Shown here: in pieces, positions 47,825 through 57,270 of the stretch
Position numbering within the stretch: position 1 is the stretch's first letter
Layout of the letters: every line of letters starts with the position of its first letter
Source: Candidatus Zhuqueibacterota bacterium
Lineage (GTDB): Bacteria; Electryoneota; RPQS01
Length of the DNA stretch: 64,000 nt
NCBI GenBank assembly: GCA_003818605.1
Contig: RPQS01000023.1
Location: 321 to 64,320, forward strand
Direction: 5' to 3'
Program-made: the position numbers and the translations under genes
Notes under the pieces: model-generated
Told to the model about the DNA's origin: nothing
Database searches by the model: none
Seen by the model: the letters and a program-made list of their open reading frames with translations, nothing else

Positions 47825-50800
47825 CAGCGATGTCCTCCGGCTGAACGGGCCAGTTTCTCTGGAACGTAAAATGTTACCGCAACCGGAAAGAGTCGTGATG
47901 TTGGGTTTGCGAATCTCCCTTGAATTGCTTTCACTTCCTGATCCAGTTCACTTGGGATAGTCTTCAAACGCTCCGCTAAACTGGTCCGATTGCGTTCAAG
48001 CTGTTCTCGTTCTGGATCGGTCCAAAGCGCAATCTGTTCAGGTTCAGGAGTCTTAAGCTCGTCTCGGATCGTCTGTGCCAGTTCTTCCATGACGGCAGTA
48101 ATATTTTTGATATCCTGATCCCGCCGCTCGTCAAGAAACTTCTGTAATCCCGCTGTTCGATCTGTGGTTCTTGCTTCTAACGATTGATACAGAGACTTCT
48201 CAAGATTTGGCCACAGCTTTCGCAGTTGCTCCTGCACTGGCGGTGGTGCATCTTCGGGAAGTCCTGCATCCAAAATCTGTTTCACCTGCGTTACGTTGAG
48301 CCTGCGGAAGCGACCTTCATCAATGATCCCACCGGCAGCAATCAACTCTTCATGCAAACGGTGGTTATCTCCGCCCAGTATGACTAATCGGCCATGGGCA
48401 ATGACGGCCGGAGTGTTCAAGATGTTGTTGGGCACAAGGCGTGCCGATACCCTGTTTAGCTGCTGCCGATGTTCGGTGGCCCAGACCTCGGCGCGAAGCA
48501 GGCGTAAAGACATCGCGACCAAGCGATGATTCAGATGTACGAGTACAATGTCGTCTCGACCTGCAATCAACGTTTGGTCAAAGGTAATCGGCCGAATACG
48601 ATGGGTATGTGGGTGTTCAAGTCCTTCAGAGCATCGTGCCCAGCTTCCTGCGAGTGCTGGCATACTGAACACAGGGCATTCTTTTCTTTGACCCGTTGGA
48701 TCGGGCCAGACTCCTGGCACAGACGCTTCGATCAGCGAAGGCTGTCCTGCCATCTGCAATGCCACATCCACAGCAGACTTAATGCTTTCGGGCGACAACT
48801 CAAGATCAAGCCGTGTGTTGTGAAGTTGTTCGCGCAGTTTGGCAATCTGATCACGCAGGTTTCGTTCTTGTTTTAGAAGTGCCTTCGGAATCTTGGCTTC
48901 TTCTTCTGCGTTGCGTGTATTCAGCTGAGTCCGTCGGCCCAGCATTGCTTCTTCAACCTGCGATGCGATGACCGGTCCCACCTTTCCAAGATCCTCGCGA
49001 ATGTTCTCCACTTTGATCACCGCTCGCATGAGAAACTCAAGATCGCCTTCTAACTGACCCACAGGCAGATCGCTGGATGGATTTTTCTCGTTATAGCCCT
49101 TCCCCACAAAGTGATGGATCAAGACTTCTGGCGATTTCTGTCCATGACGATCAAGCCTACCATTGCGTTGCTCCATGCGATTGGGATTCCATGGAATCTC
49201 GTAATGAATCAGGCGATGGCATTGGTTTTGAAGGTCAATACCTTCGGAAGCAGCGTCTGTTGCCAGTAGTATTCGTACAGCGGAATCAGCCGCCTTTGCT
49301 TGAAAAGCGTTCTTCACTTGCTCGCGGGTGCGACTGTCCATTCCCCCATAAATCATCTGTAGTCTGCCATCACGCGCAAACCCATGAGCTGCAAGCAAAC
49401 CGTGTAACCATTTTTGAGTTGTCCGATACTCCGTGAATATTAGAACACGTTCATCGTTCCATTGGCCGTTTGGTCTCAAAGTAGTATTCAACCAGTCTAC
49501 TAAGCTCTGCGCTTTGGTGTCAGGTTGCGACGCCGTATCGGCATAAACAGCCAGCGTCTTGAGCAGCCTCTGCTCCTCGCTTGATAGTGGCCGCAAGAGA
49601 TCTGACGCGCTTTCGACTGCTTCGACGGTCCCTTCTTCATATTTCTCGTCGTCCGAGAAGTCTTCTTGCAGTTCTTCTAACCGTCGACGCAGTACCCCAA
49701 TAGTTGGATATGCCAGTTGTCGCTGCGCCCGTCCTTTCTTAGCACGTAGAGACTCCATGTGGCACTTTAGTGTGGAAGCAAATGCTGCTGGCGATGAAAA
49801 CAGTCGTTTCTTCAAAAGCTTAAGCACGAATTCAGCGGCAAATCTCTCTGCATCGGTAGACGCCGCCTTCTGCCTCAGAAGTGTGTATTGATGAAGAGTC
49901 TGATGTATGTCTTTTTCCGCGCGCGTATAGTCAACTTCCAACGGTCTAATCTCACGTTTCGGAAATCGTGGAGTTCCATCCCATTTGGGAGGTAGCTCAC
50001 TTTTTAGGCGACGGACCATTACCGCGTGAAGTTGCTCTGGGCGTGGTCTTACTCCCCGAGCAAAGCGTTGATTGTCGAGTAATTCCAGCAAAGCGCCAAA
50101 GCTCTCATGGTAACCGTTGTGCGGAGTTGCTGTCAGAAAAAGCCGATGTTCAAAGTGAGATATTATTGTACGAATGGCTAGCGTACGCTGTGAATCAAGA
50201 GCATAATGTCCTGAACCAGAAGGCGCGATATTGTGAGCTTCATCAACAATTAGCAGATCGAAACGTCTTGGATACGTGGGCTCGCCAGCTGCTGGCAGCA
50301 CTTCACGATAGAGCCGCATAGGTCTATCTCGTTTCAAGTAGTCAATCGATGTAATAAGTCTTGGGAAATGCGTCCACGGATTGACTTGGATTCCTCGCGT
50401 GCGACGGAGTATTCGCATGAGTTCGCTGTCAACAATCCTGAATTCGAGACCGAACTTATCTCGCATTTGCTCTTGCCACTGAATCTGAAGTGAAGATGGG
50501 CAAACGATGAGCGCAGTATGGACTCTGTTGCGCAGGATCAACTCCTGCATCACGATCCCAGCTTCAATCGTCTTACCTAGCCCTACATCATCTGCGATGA
50601 GCAGGTTGACACGCGGCATACGAAGAGCTCGAACGACTGGATCCAACTGGTAGTCTTCAATCTCAATCCCGCTTCTGAACGGTGACTGCAGGGTTGATGC
50701 ATCGGCTGACGAGATTGTTCCCCACCGCACAGCATTCAGAAATGCATTCATGTAGTGCCCGTTATCAAATGCATCGGGCTTTGGCAAGGCCGACTTGGCA

Positions 50801-51018
50801 AACACGTGTGTGCCGGACTCCAGTTCCCAAACGACCTGCAGCTCTTCACCCAGAGCATCATCTTCGACCGATGCAAGAGTGACCAGATGCGTTGGTTGTA
50901 CAGCAGGAGAAAATGTTTGTCCATTCGTCGGAATGGCGTGGTTGATTTCCGAAACCACAAAACGTCTCTGTCGTACAACTACTAATTGACCTGGTTCTGG
51001 TAGAAGATTGGTTAACAT
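47824..51018 (-). CDS. drmD: DISARM DrmD (SNF2-family helicase)
   Basis: LLIADDVGLGKTIEAG, LLIVDEAHNI, LFLTATPHNG, ILLATDAASEGIDLQ and YEIPWNPNRMEQRNGRLDRHGQ. The stop overlaps the drmMI start. Confidence 0.9.
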   Translation of the reverse strand: MLTNLLPEPGQLVVVRQRRFVVSEINHAIPTNGQTFSPAVQPTHLVTLASVEDDALGEELQVVWELESGTHVFAKSALPKPDAFDNGHYMNAFLNAVRWGTISSADASTLQSPFRSGIEIEDYQLDPVVRALRMPRVNLLIADDVGLGKTIEAGIVMQELILRNRVHTALIVCPSSLQIQWQEQMRDKFGLEFRIVDSELMRILRRTRGIQVNPWTHFPRLITSIDYLKRDRPMRLYREVLPAAGEPTYPRRFDLLIVDEAHNIAPSGSGHYALDSQRTLAIRTIISHFEHRLFLTATPHNGYHESFGALLELLDNQRFARGVRPRPEQLHAVMVRRLKSELPPKWDGTPRFPKREIRPLEVDYTRAEKDIHQTLHQYTLLRQKAASTDAERFAAEFVLKLLKKRLFSSPAAFASTLKCHMESLRAKKGRAQRQLAYPTIGVLRRRLEELQEDFSDDEKYEEGTVEAVESASDLLRPLSSEEQRLLKTLAVYADTASQPDTKAQSLVDWLNTTLRPNGQWNDERVLIFTEYRTTQKWLHGLLAAHGFARDGRLQMIYGGMDSRTREQVKNAFQAKAADSAVRILLATDAASEGIDLQNQCHRLIHYEIPWNPNRMEQRNGRLDRHGQKSPEVLIHHFVGKGYNEKNPSSDLPVGQLEGDLEFLMRAVIKVENIREDLGKVGPVIASQVEEAMLGRRTQLNTRNAEEEAKIPKALLKQERNLRDQIAKLREQLHNTRLDLELSPESIKSAVDVALQMAGQPSLIEASVPGVWPDPTGQRKECPVFSMPALAGSWARCSEGLEHPHTHRIRPITFDQTLIAGRDDIVLVHLNHRLVAMSLRLLRAEVWATEHRQQLNRVSARLVPNNILNTPAVIAHGRLVILGGDNHRLHEELIAAGGIIDEGRFRRLNVTQVKQILDAGLPEDAPPPVQEQLRKLWPNLEKSLYQSLEARTTDRTAGLQKFLDERRDQDIKNITAVMEELAQTIRDELKTPEPEQIALWTDPEREQLERNRTSLAERLKTIPSELDQEVKAIQGRFANPTSRLFPVAVTFYVPEKLARSAGGHR

Positions 51019-51770
51019 TGCACTGGGATTTTAGGTATTCAGTTTATAGACTCAATGTTGATTCTTGGATGGACGATTGATATGAGTTCGCGAAGTGTGC
51101 TGTGCAGAGAGATTCGGCAGGAATCATCGAAGGGATAGCTGAGGATGGTGATTCGATCTCCAATAGCGCACATCATTACGCGATACATAGCAGAACAGGT
51201 CTTTACAATTAAGGGTTTCACTCTGACATAGTCAAGAGAATTTCATAGCCGACCAAAGAAGAATAGTATGTCCAGAGACGTTTTCCAGATTGATAGTGGA
51301 ATATGGAAACGCTTGCATGTTCAGTGGTTTAAGGTGCGTTATTTTCTTCGCGGTGGGGATCATTCTTGGATGCTGATTTTATCAGTGCAGGGATAGAGTT
51401 CTGGCTGTCAACGCGATTGTAGATTTGATGTGCTGAAAACGGCGATCATTGGCGGAACAGCGGGTGGTCAGCGGAAATTCTGCCCAGGGACATCACCGCA
51501 GGGGGTTGTTTTAAAACGACTTGGGCGCTGTCGCATTCGGACGCGAATTCTTCACATGGGCACAAGCAGTAAAAACAATAGGCTGGAAATCGCTTCCCAC
51601 GGCATTCCGGCCGGCCCAAACCCCACCCCGAAAATGATCGGGGCTTACAGATCAGGTTTGTTGACATGCATTGCATGATCTGCGGCACAAGCACTCGGTG
51701 AACAGCTTGGCTTTCTGGCATAAGAGGGTAGCAAGTAAAACCTATCCTCTGGCCAAAGGAGAAACCAAGC

Positions 51771-52199
51771 ATGGAAGAACAAACCGAAACCGATGTGGTC
51801 AAGTACCGCGTCGTGACGGATCCCGAAGTCGAGCAGTATTTCAACTACGATCTCGAAGTTGACGACGAAGGATTCCTCTACGATGACGACGAAAATCTCG
51901 TCGGAGCGGTCGTCGAATTCAAAGAGTACCCGGATCACGAGACGCTGACTGCGATCTTTCAAGATTTGTTGGTCAAAGCCGTGATGCAGACTCAGGACGA
52001 GAGCGCGGACGACGCGCGGGAGATGATTGAAGAGTGTGACGACGAGTCCGACTTTCCCGATGAGCTGGATCTCAGCAAAACTTTCAGTCTCTTCTTCACG
52101 GTCGAAGGTCACAGCGGACAATACCGCATGTTGCTCGATAACAATGATTATTGGGTCGGGTACAGCAACGGTCGACGCAATGACCGGTGGGACATTTAA
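51771..52199 (+). CDS. 142-aa extremely acidic protein; candidate DNA mimic / anti-restriction protein
   Basis: AAGGAG lies 8 nt upstream of the ATG. By my count there are about 40 Asp+Glu against about 10 Lys+Arg. Transcribed divergently from drmD. Confidence 0.7.
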   Translation: MEEQTETDVVKYRVVTDPEVEQYFNYDLEVDDEGFLYDDDENLVGAVVEFKEYPDHETLTAIFQDLLVKAVMQTQDESADDAREMIEECDDESDFPDELDLSKTFSLFFTVEGHSGQYRMLLDNNDYWVGYSNGRRNDRWDI

Positions 52200-52210
52200 C
52201 TTCCCACCGG

Positions 52211-52239
52211 ATCGGTGTGGAAATTCTGCACCGATTTTT
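52211..52239 (+). terminator. terminator after the acidic-protein gene
   Basis: ATCGGTG-(11-nt loop)-CACCGAT followed by TTTT. Confidence 0.55.
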
Positions 52240-52273
52240 AGCTATGGCTATCGCGCGTTTTTTCGGGTGGTAT

Positions 52274-52291
52274 ATTTTAACCCCTTGAAAT
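52274..52291 (+). repeat. 18-nt direct repeat, left copy (ATTTTAACCCCTTGAAAT)
   Basis: Matches 57699-57716 at 17 of 18 positions. GGTGGTAT lies just outside this copy, and its reverse complement ATACCACC lies just outside the right copy. Confidence 0.5.
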
Positions 52292-52360
52292 GCGGATGAA
52301 CTCAGATCAAAAGATTTTCGATTTAATCGCAGTTTTAGCTATGAAAAGTGCCGTAGGCCC

Positions 52361-52389
52361 TTGACAACGGGCGTGTTTGTGTGTATATT
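52361..52389 (+). promoter_or_regulatory. near-consensus sigma70-type promoter
   Basis: TTGACA, a 17-nt spacer, then TATATT. Confidence 0.6.
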
Positions 52390-52395
52390 ATAGGT

Positions 52396-52547
52396 GTGCG
52401 TTGCGGGAACGATATAAATTCCCCAGCACATAAAAATAAATCCCGAAAAATCCACTAAACACGGAATTCCCGGAATGGAAAAATGACGGCTTGAAGTGAA
52501 AAACTGATAACGCAGATTTTTTCCATGCCGGTGATACCGGCATTTTT
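52396..52547 (+). ncRNA. candidate approximately 150-nt small RNA (promoter to intrinsic terminator, no ORF)
   Basis: Begins about 7 nt after the -10 box at 52384-52389. Ends at the hairpin ATGCCGG-TGATA-CCGGCAT plus TTTT (52525-52547). No plausible ORF or RBS lies between. Confidence 0.4.
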
Positions 52548-52653
52548 CGTGGTTACAAATACATATTTATGGTCGACCCTGCCCAAGGGAATTCATACGT
52601 TCGATTATTCAAATTAACCGCCTAACGGCAGACAAATAATCACAGAATTCTCT

Positions 52654-52688
52654 GGGTTGGACCGAAAGTGGTCCAGCCCTTTTCTTTT
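52654..52688 (+). terminator. strong rho-independent terminator immediately upstream of the 279-aa gene
   Basis: GGGTTGGACC-GAAAGT-GGTCCAGCCC (10 bp including one G-U) followed by TTTTCTTTT. Confidence 0.75.
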
Positions 52689-52726
52689 CGGTGAATGCAG
52701 ATATTCATAATCCAGAAAGGATTCAT

Positions 52727-53566
52727 ATGCAAAGAAAAAACATCCGTCCGTCAACAACATTCGACGGACACCACACCAACCCATGGTCGTACTTCGATCA
52801 TCAAAATCTCGCACTTTATCTTAATCCGGGGCTGACATCCGGACAACTGCTGCACATTACCAGTGCGGGTTCCAGTTTTCTGTCCGAAATGCCTAAGACC
52901 ATGAAGTTCCAGATTGACCCACCGACGATAGCCGCGCCCATCACCTTACAACAAGCAAATGAACTAACTGCGCGATACACACCGCAAGTCCTTCAGCGTG
53001 ACCTGTTTTCGTGGATGACACCGGCACATTACGATTGCCGAATGGCCATGGCTTGGATGTTTTCTGCCCCGCTTGCGCCGTGGTTTACCGATAGCATTCA
53101 ACTGCGCTTCGTTGGAAGCAATCCGCGCAGACGCAAATGCATCATGGAAACACTGTCACGTCTGCTATACGGACACGCGAACGCCGTTGGGTTGTCACAA
53201 GCAAACCCAATCGTACTGTCAACAACAAGGCCGGAACTTGACACCCTGAACACCGTAGCGTCGCACGGGGCACTTTTGGCAACGGCTGGAACTGATAAAA
53301 TGTTTACCGGCAAGTTGCAGGGACGAACTGCGTACCTAATATGCAATCCGTCATTCGAAACTTCGTTGATTTCATTACCACCGGCATCGCTGGCCGCCTG
53401 GCGCGAAACCATGCTTGCCGTGCAGGTACAAGTTATCAGCAAGCTACTGAAACGATTTGAAGATGAACGCGCGCGTATGGCTGCGCAACCAGCAAAGATT
53501 CCGTACTACACATTTCAGCACGGACCAGTCCTCCATGCCATTGCCGAAGAAATGGATGCGATGTAA
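52727..53566 (+). CDS. hypothetical protein (279 aa) of the replicative module
   Basis: I prefer the ATG at 52727 with AAAGGA upstream. The track start at 52691 abuts the terminator. No recognisable motifs. Confidence 0.6.
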   Translation: MQRKNIRPSTTFDGHHTNPWSYFDHQNLALYLNPGLTSGQLLHITSAGSSFLSEMPKTMKFQIDPPTIAAPITLQQANELTARYTPQVLQRDLFSWMTPAHYDCRMAMAWMFSAPLAPWFTDSIQLRFVGSNPRRRKCIMETLSRLLYGHANAVGLSQANPIVLSTTRPELDTLNTVASHGALLATAGTDKMFTGKLQGRTAYLICNPSFETSLISLPPASLAAWRETMLAVQVQVISKLLKRFEDERARMAAQPAKIPYYTFQHGPVLHAIAEEMDAM

Positions 53567-53605
53567 ACATCCGATGAACGAACTAATTTATGAAAGGATA
53601 TCCAC

Positions 53606-53890
53606 ATGGAAACTCGTGACCAAACACTAAGTGCCCTTTTACTTGCGCGTAAGCAAATCATGCGCGGGTACCGCACCAACGAACGTGGCGACATTCTATT
53701 TCGCTTTGATGACAGCGAAGGCGTTCGCCAGATCGAAGACGGCTTCTACCAGAACACAGAACTGGTAGCCGTCCAGGACTTTGCCGCTGCTCTGCGACAG
53801 GTCAAAAACATTATATTCAAATTAAGGAATTCAAATTACTATGACAACACCATTACAACAGGTTCAACCCGAATACAAAACACAAGATAG
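53606..53890 (+). CDS. hypothetical small protein (94 aa)
   Basis: ORF with protein-like composition directly upstream of the primase-helicase gene, overlapping it by 50 nt if that gene starts at 53841. Confidence 0.5.
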   Translation: METRDQTLSALLLARKQIMRGYRTNERGDILFRFDDSEGVRQIEDGFYQNTELVAVQDFAAALRQVKNIIFKLRNSNYYDNTITTGSTRIQNTR

Positions 53891-56396
53891 CCAAGTAGGC
53901 GCAGCGCCATTTGCGCTGCAGCTTTCGGTCTCCCTAAAGCACGTATGCTCCAAGGAAGACGGCAAGAAAGTGCAGCAGTACGAACGCTGCACCATGAATT
54001 CGCAGCAGGAAGATGCCTTAAGGATCATCTTCACTACTAAAAACTATTCTACCAATGTTTGGGGCGGAAATAGACATTCAGATAACTATATTGGCATGAC
54101 TGGCGTGGCTCTCGACTTCGACGGGGGCTTTACAATAGACGAAGCGAAGGCAGTGTTCGGTTCCTACAATTACATTCTGCATACGTCTACATCGCATAAT
54201 GTAGACAAGGATGGCATGACTGCTGAACGCTTTCGCGTGATTCTACCGTTTGCACCGGGGGATCTTCGATTCACAACCGCTGCTGAATGCAAGAAGGTCT
54301 ACTTGAAGCTGTTAAGTCTGTATCCGCAGATGGACCCGGCTTGTACAGATGCAGGGAGACAGTTCTTTCCTTTCAGCACTGAAAAGGGGGCAGAATTCCT
54401 GCTGCATATAAATGCAACTGGAAAGCATTTTGACATTGATATCAGCGATGTCGCTGACAACGAAGTGGCGGTCGCGTACGAAGATCGCGAATGGGACGGT
54501 GAACTACGGCCTAAGGCCGAATTAGATCGTATTCTGAAGTTCTGTCCGTTCGTACGCTGGATGGACCAGCACATTGACAATCCCAAGACGGAAATGCACG
54601 AACCCCTGAAGTTCGCATTGATATCTAACCTGTGCTGGTACGAAGGCGGGCGCGAAGAAATCCACAGAATACTTGGCCGTGATTGCAGGTCGGGGAAGTA
54701 CTTTCCTGGCCTGGTAGACGACAAGATAGATCGCGTTCTGGAATTCTACAACCCGCAGACTTACGCGAGCGCAATCAGATTAGGATGGCCGGGACCGGCA
54801 CCGAAGAAACCTGCCGGGCCTGCTGGCTGGGGGAAGATCGGAACGAAACAGCCGCGTGAATTCGTGCAACTGGATTGGGATGACAATATTGTCGTCAAAT
54901 TGGACGATGTCTGGGCGGTGACAAGCCTTGAAGAACTTAAGGCCGATCTGTTGCCGGTATCGAAGAAGCTACCGGCTGTATGTCCGGTCTGCGGTAGCGA
55001 ATCAGCTACTGTGAAGCTGGACACCTTCCACTTTGCCAATATCTGGTGTGAAAAGTGTCAGAAGGCTTACTATGAACACCCGGTTTCGCCGGGGATATTT
55101 GCATTCAAAGGGGAGCTGTTTCGCGTGGAAATGCGCTCGAACAAGTTCATAAGTCCGGAGCCGCTAAAGAAAGAGCACTTCAGAACTCCCGAAGACTTCG
55201 ACTATGCGAAGCGGTTTGTATTCAACGACCCGTTGCGCAGCTTTTCCAGTGATGACTTTCAGATGCGACGTATTGGCAGCGGAAACTTTACAAGTCTCGG
55301 GTATGAATTTGATACCAGCGACAACGCTATCATACTTCGCTATCCTCCACTTCCAGTTAAGGTCCAGGATAACGCCTTCATCAACCGGTTTATAGAAGGG
55401 ATGTTCGGTCAGTACGCGGACTTTGTTCGCGATTGGATGGCCTTATACACCTATACCAACTATATGAGACTGCCGGTCATTGTCTTGGCGGGTGACCGCT
55501 ATGCGGGTAAAAATACGTTTGCCGAAATGGTAGGGAAGATCTTTCCCAAGTTGATGGGATTATGGGACGGAGACGTAAAGCCTTTTAATCCGCAGTTTAC
55601 GAACAAGCTTTTGTTCGTGGACGAAAACCGAAACGCGCACAAGCCCGAGCAGTATGCGGAATTGAAGCGCATCACAGGCAATGACAAGCTGCCAATCAAT
55701 AAGAAGTTTGAAAATGAATTCAATGCTCCCAACAACCTCAATATTATTATTACTACTAATGATCCAAAACCGATCTTTCTTAAGTGGGGAGAAGAACCCC
55801 GTGACGATAAGGTTAATAACTTCTTTATCTACGAATGCAAGGCCGTGCCCGAAGATCAGATAGACAATCAGCTGAAACACAAACTCGAAGATCGTCTCGG
55901 TCACTATGTACGAACGGAGCTTAAGGCACGATTCGAGCGACTGTCGAAGAACTTCGACTCTCGAAGCCGCTACTTCATCGCTGCGCCCATAACAGACTTC
56001 GCTTCTGACCTTTATGCGTCCAGCATGACCAGCGTTGAAATGGAAGCTGAAGAACTCGCAGAAGCAATTGTATTGGGTAAGCATGAAACCGTAACGAACG
56101 ACCGTGGCTACGAGATCCGATCCATCTGGTATGATCCCACAGAATGGAATGGGGATTATTATGTGAAGCTGAAAAGCATCCGTGATCTGATCACGTTTCT
56201 GAGCCTGCGCAGCGCAAGCACCGTCAAGGCATACACGGAAGCGCTGTGCCGTTTGGGTGTGATTTCCATGCGATCAGACTATCGCAATAACAAACAGCAA
56301 TTGGGTTATAAGATTCTTAGATCCAAAGATTACTATAATCCGGGAACTGGATTGGACGCTGAATCGGGCAAAGAAAATGAAGATAAGCCCTTTTAG
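53841..56396 (+). CDS. bifunctional replication protein: N-terminal archaeo-eukaryotic-type primase (BT4734/VirE-N-like) plus C-terminal SF3 (P4/D5-like) helicase
   Basis: GVALDFDGG (DxD), ILHTSTSHN, RFRVILPF, a CxxC...CxxC zinc motif (CPVCGS...CEKC), Walker A GDRYAGKNTF and Walker B LLFVDEN. An alternative start lies at 53994. Confidence 0.8.
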   Translation: MTTPLQQVQPEYKTQDSQVGAAPFALQLSVSLKHVCSKEDGKKVQQYERCTMNSQQEDALRIIFTTKNYSTNVWGGNRHSDNYIGMTGVALDFDGGFTIDEAKAVFGSYNYILHTSTSHNVDKDGMTAERFRVILPFAPGDLRFTTAAECKKVYLKLLSLYPQMDPACTDAGRQFFPFSTEKGAEFLLHINATGKHFDIDISDVADNEVAVAYEDREWDGELRPKAELDRILKFCPFVRWMDQHIDNPKTEMHEPLKFALISNLCWYEGGREEIHRILGRDCRSGKYFPGLVDDKIDRVLEFYNPQTYASAIRLGWPGPAPKKPAGPAGWGKIGTKQPREFVQLDWDDNIVVKLDDVWAVTSLEELKADLLPVSKKLPAVCPVCGSESATVKLDTFHFANIWCEKCQKAYYEHPVSPGIFAFKGELFRVEMRSNKFISPEPLKKEHFRTPEDFDYAKRFVFNDPLRSFSSDDFQMRRIGSGNFTSLGYEFDTSDNAIILRYPPLPVKVQDNAFINRFIEGMFGQYADFVRDWMALYTYTNYMRLPVIVLAGDRYAGKNTFAEMVGKIFPKLMGLWDGDVKPFNPQFTNKLLFVDENRNAHKPEQYAELKRITGNDKLPINKKFENEFNAPNNLNIIITTNDPKPIFLKWGEEPRDDKVNNFFIYECKAVPEDQIDNQLKHKLEDRLGHYVRTELKARFERLSKNFDSRSRYFIAAPITDFASDLYASSMTSVEMEAEELAEAIVLGKHETVTNDRGYEIRSIWYDPTEWNGDYYVKLKSIRDLITFLSLRSASTVKAYTEALCRLGVISMRSDYRNNKQQLGYKILRSKDYYNPGTGLDAESGKENEDKPF

Positions 56397-56433
56397 CGCT
56401 GTCTTCGCTATCTAAATCGAGCATTAACACGCA

Positions 56434-57252
56434 TCCGTGAAGGAAATGAGAAACTGCCTTTTTGAAAAATGGAAAACTTCACTCTGTAAGTGGAGCAAAA
56501 TCAGTCTTCCGTGAAGGAAATGATAACGGTGTAGGTACTTTTCTATAAACTAAAAATTGTAGTAGTATCGGTTTCCCGGCACTACCCCCCAGAAAACTTT
56601 CTGGCGATTTAGCTCTCATTTCCTTCATTTCCTTCACGGGACGTTGAAAATACTCGGGTTACAGGGTGAAGTTTTATGATCGTGATTCTCACAACCTTCA
56701 CCGAAAACTTCACCACTACCCGGCACCGGGCGAAAAGAAAAAGTAGTAATAGAAATAGTAGTACCGGATCTGTAACCTGTGGCCGGGGGTGTTGGTGCCC
56801 TGCGAACGCTTCTACTACTTCAACAATACTATTATTTTCTTGCGGCAAACTGGGACCGATCCCAAGCGAAAGGAATTGTCGGGTCGAGTCGAGCGGGGTC
56901 GGAGCATAAATCAGTCCCCAGCTGATTACTGAAGAAGAAGTAGTAGTATTGGTGTTATGGGTCCTACGGACCCGAATTGGGCGATATGTCCGTCGTTTCC
57001 AGAATCAATAACGCTTCTACTACCTTCGGACCGAGCTGATCAAGCACAAAGTAATAGTAGAAATAGTAGTATTGGTCCCTCCGGGACGCATCAGTCAACG
57101 AACGATTGGCTTGCTCGAAACACAAACACTTCTACCAGCCTGGGCCGAAGCATTTGGAGCGTCGGTGCGTAAGGTCAACGTTGCGTACGAACAGCACCAC
57201 TTCAACGTCCAAGTGCGAACACTACTATTACTACCACTACTACTATTATTTT
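56434..57252. repeat. non-coding iteron-like field; candidate replication origin of the element
   Basis: TCCGTGAAGGAAATGA occurs at 56434 and 56508 (direct) and at 56625 (inverted, 15/16), with a half copy at 56616. TAGTAGTAYYGG(T/A) occurs at 56550, 56756, 56941 and 57064, and two of these copies are followed by short GC hairpins. Inverted AGTAGTA-rich blocks lie at 56808-56836 and 57222-57252. Confidence 0.65.
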
Positions 57253-57270
57253 TCTACGGAGTAGAAATCT

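Noticed and set aside
37371-51018. Treating the five-gene helicase/methylase/PLD cluster as the novel system.
   Set aside because: Gene content and order match the published class-1 DISARM architecture, so it is reported as known.
51039-51221. 60-aa ORF 20 nt upstream of drmD as a confident DISARM accessory gene.
   Set aside because: It has no RBS, no recognisable motif and is very short. It is mentioned only as something to check within the DISARM finding.
51446-52121. ORFs 51446-51844(-) and 51645-52121(-) opposite or upstream of the acidic-protein gene, and 52027-52299(+).
   Set aside because: They are antisense or out of frame to the well-supported acidic ORF, which has an AAGGAG RBS and a terminator. 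Their composition is not protein-like.
52279-52291. Using the exact 13-nt match AACCCCTTGAAAT (52279 and 57704) alone as proof of att sites.
   Set aside because: Exact 13-mers are expected by chance many times among all position pairs in 64 kb. Only the extended 17/18 match plus the flanking GGTGGTAT/ATACCACC makes it worth reporting, and then only as a hypothesis.
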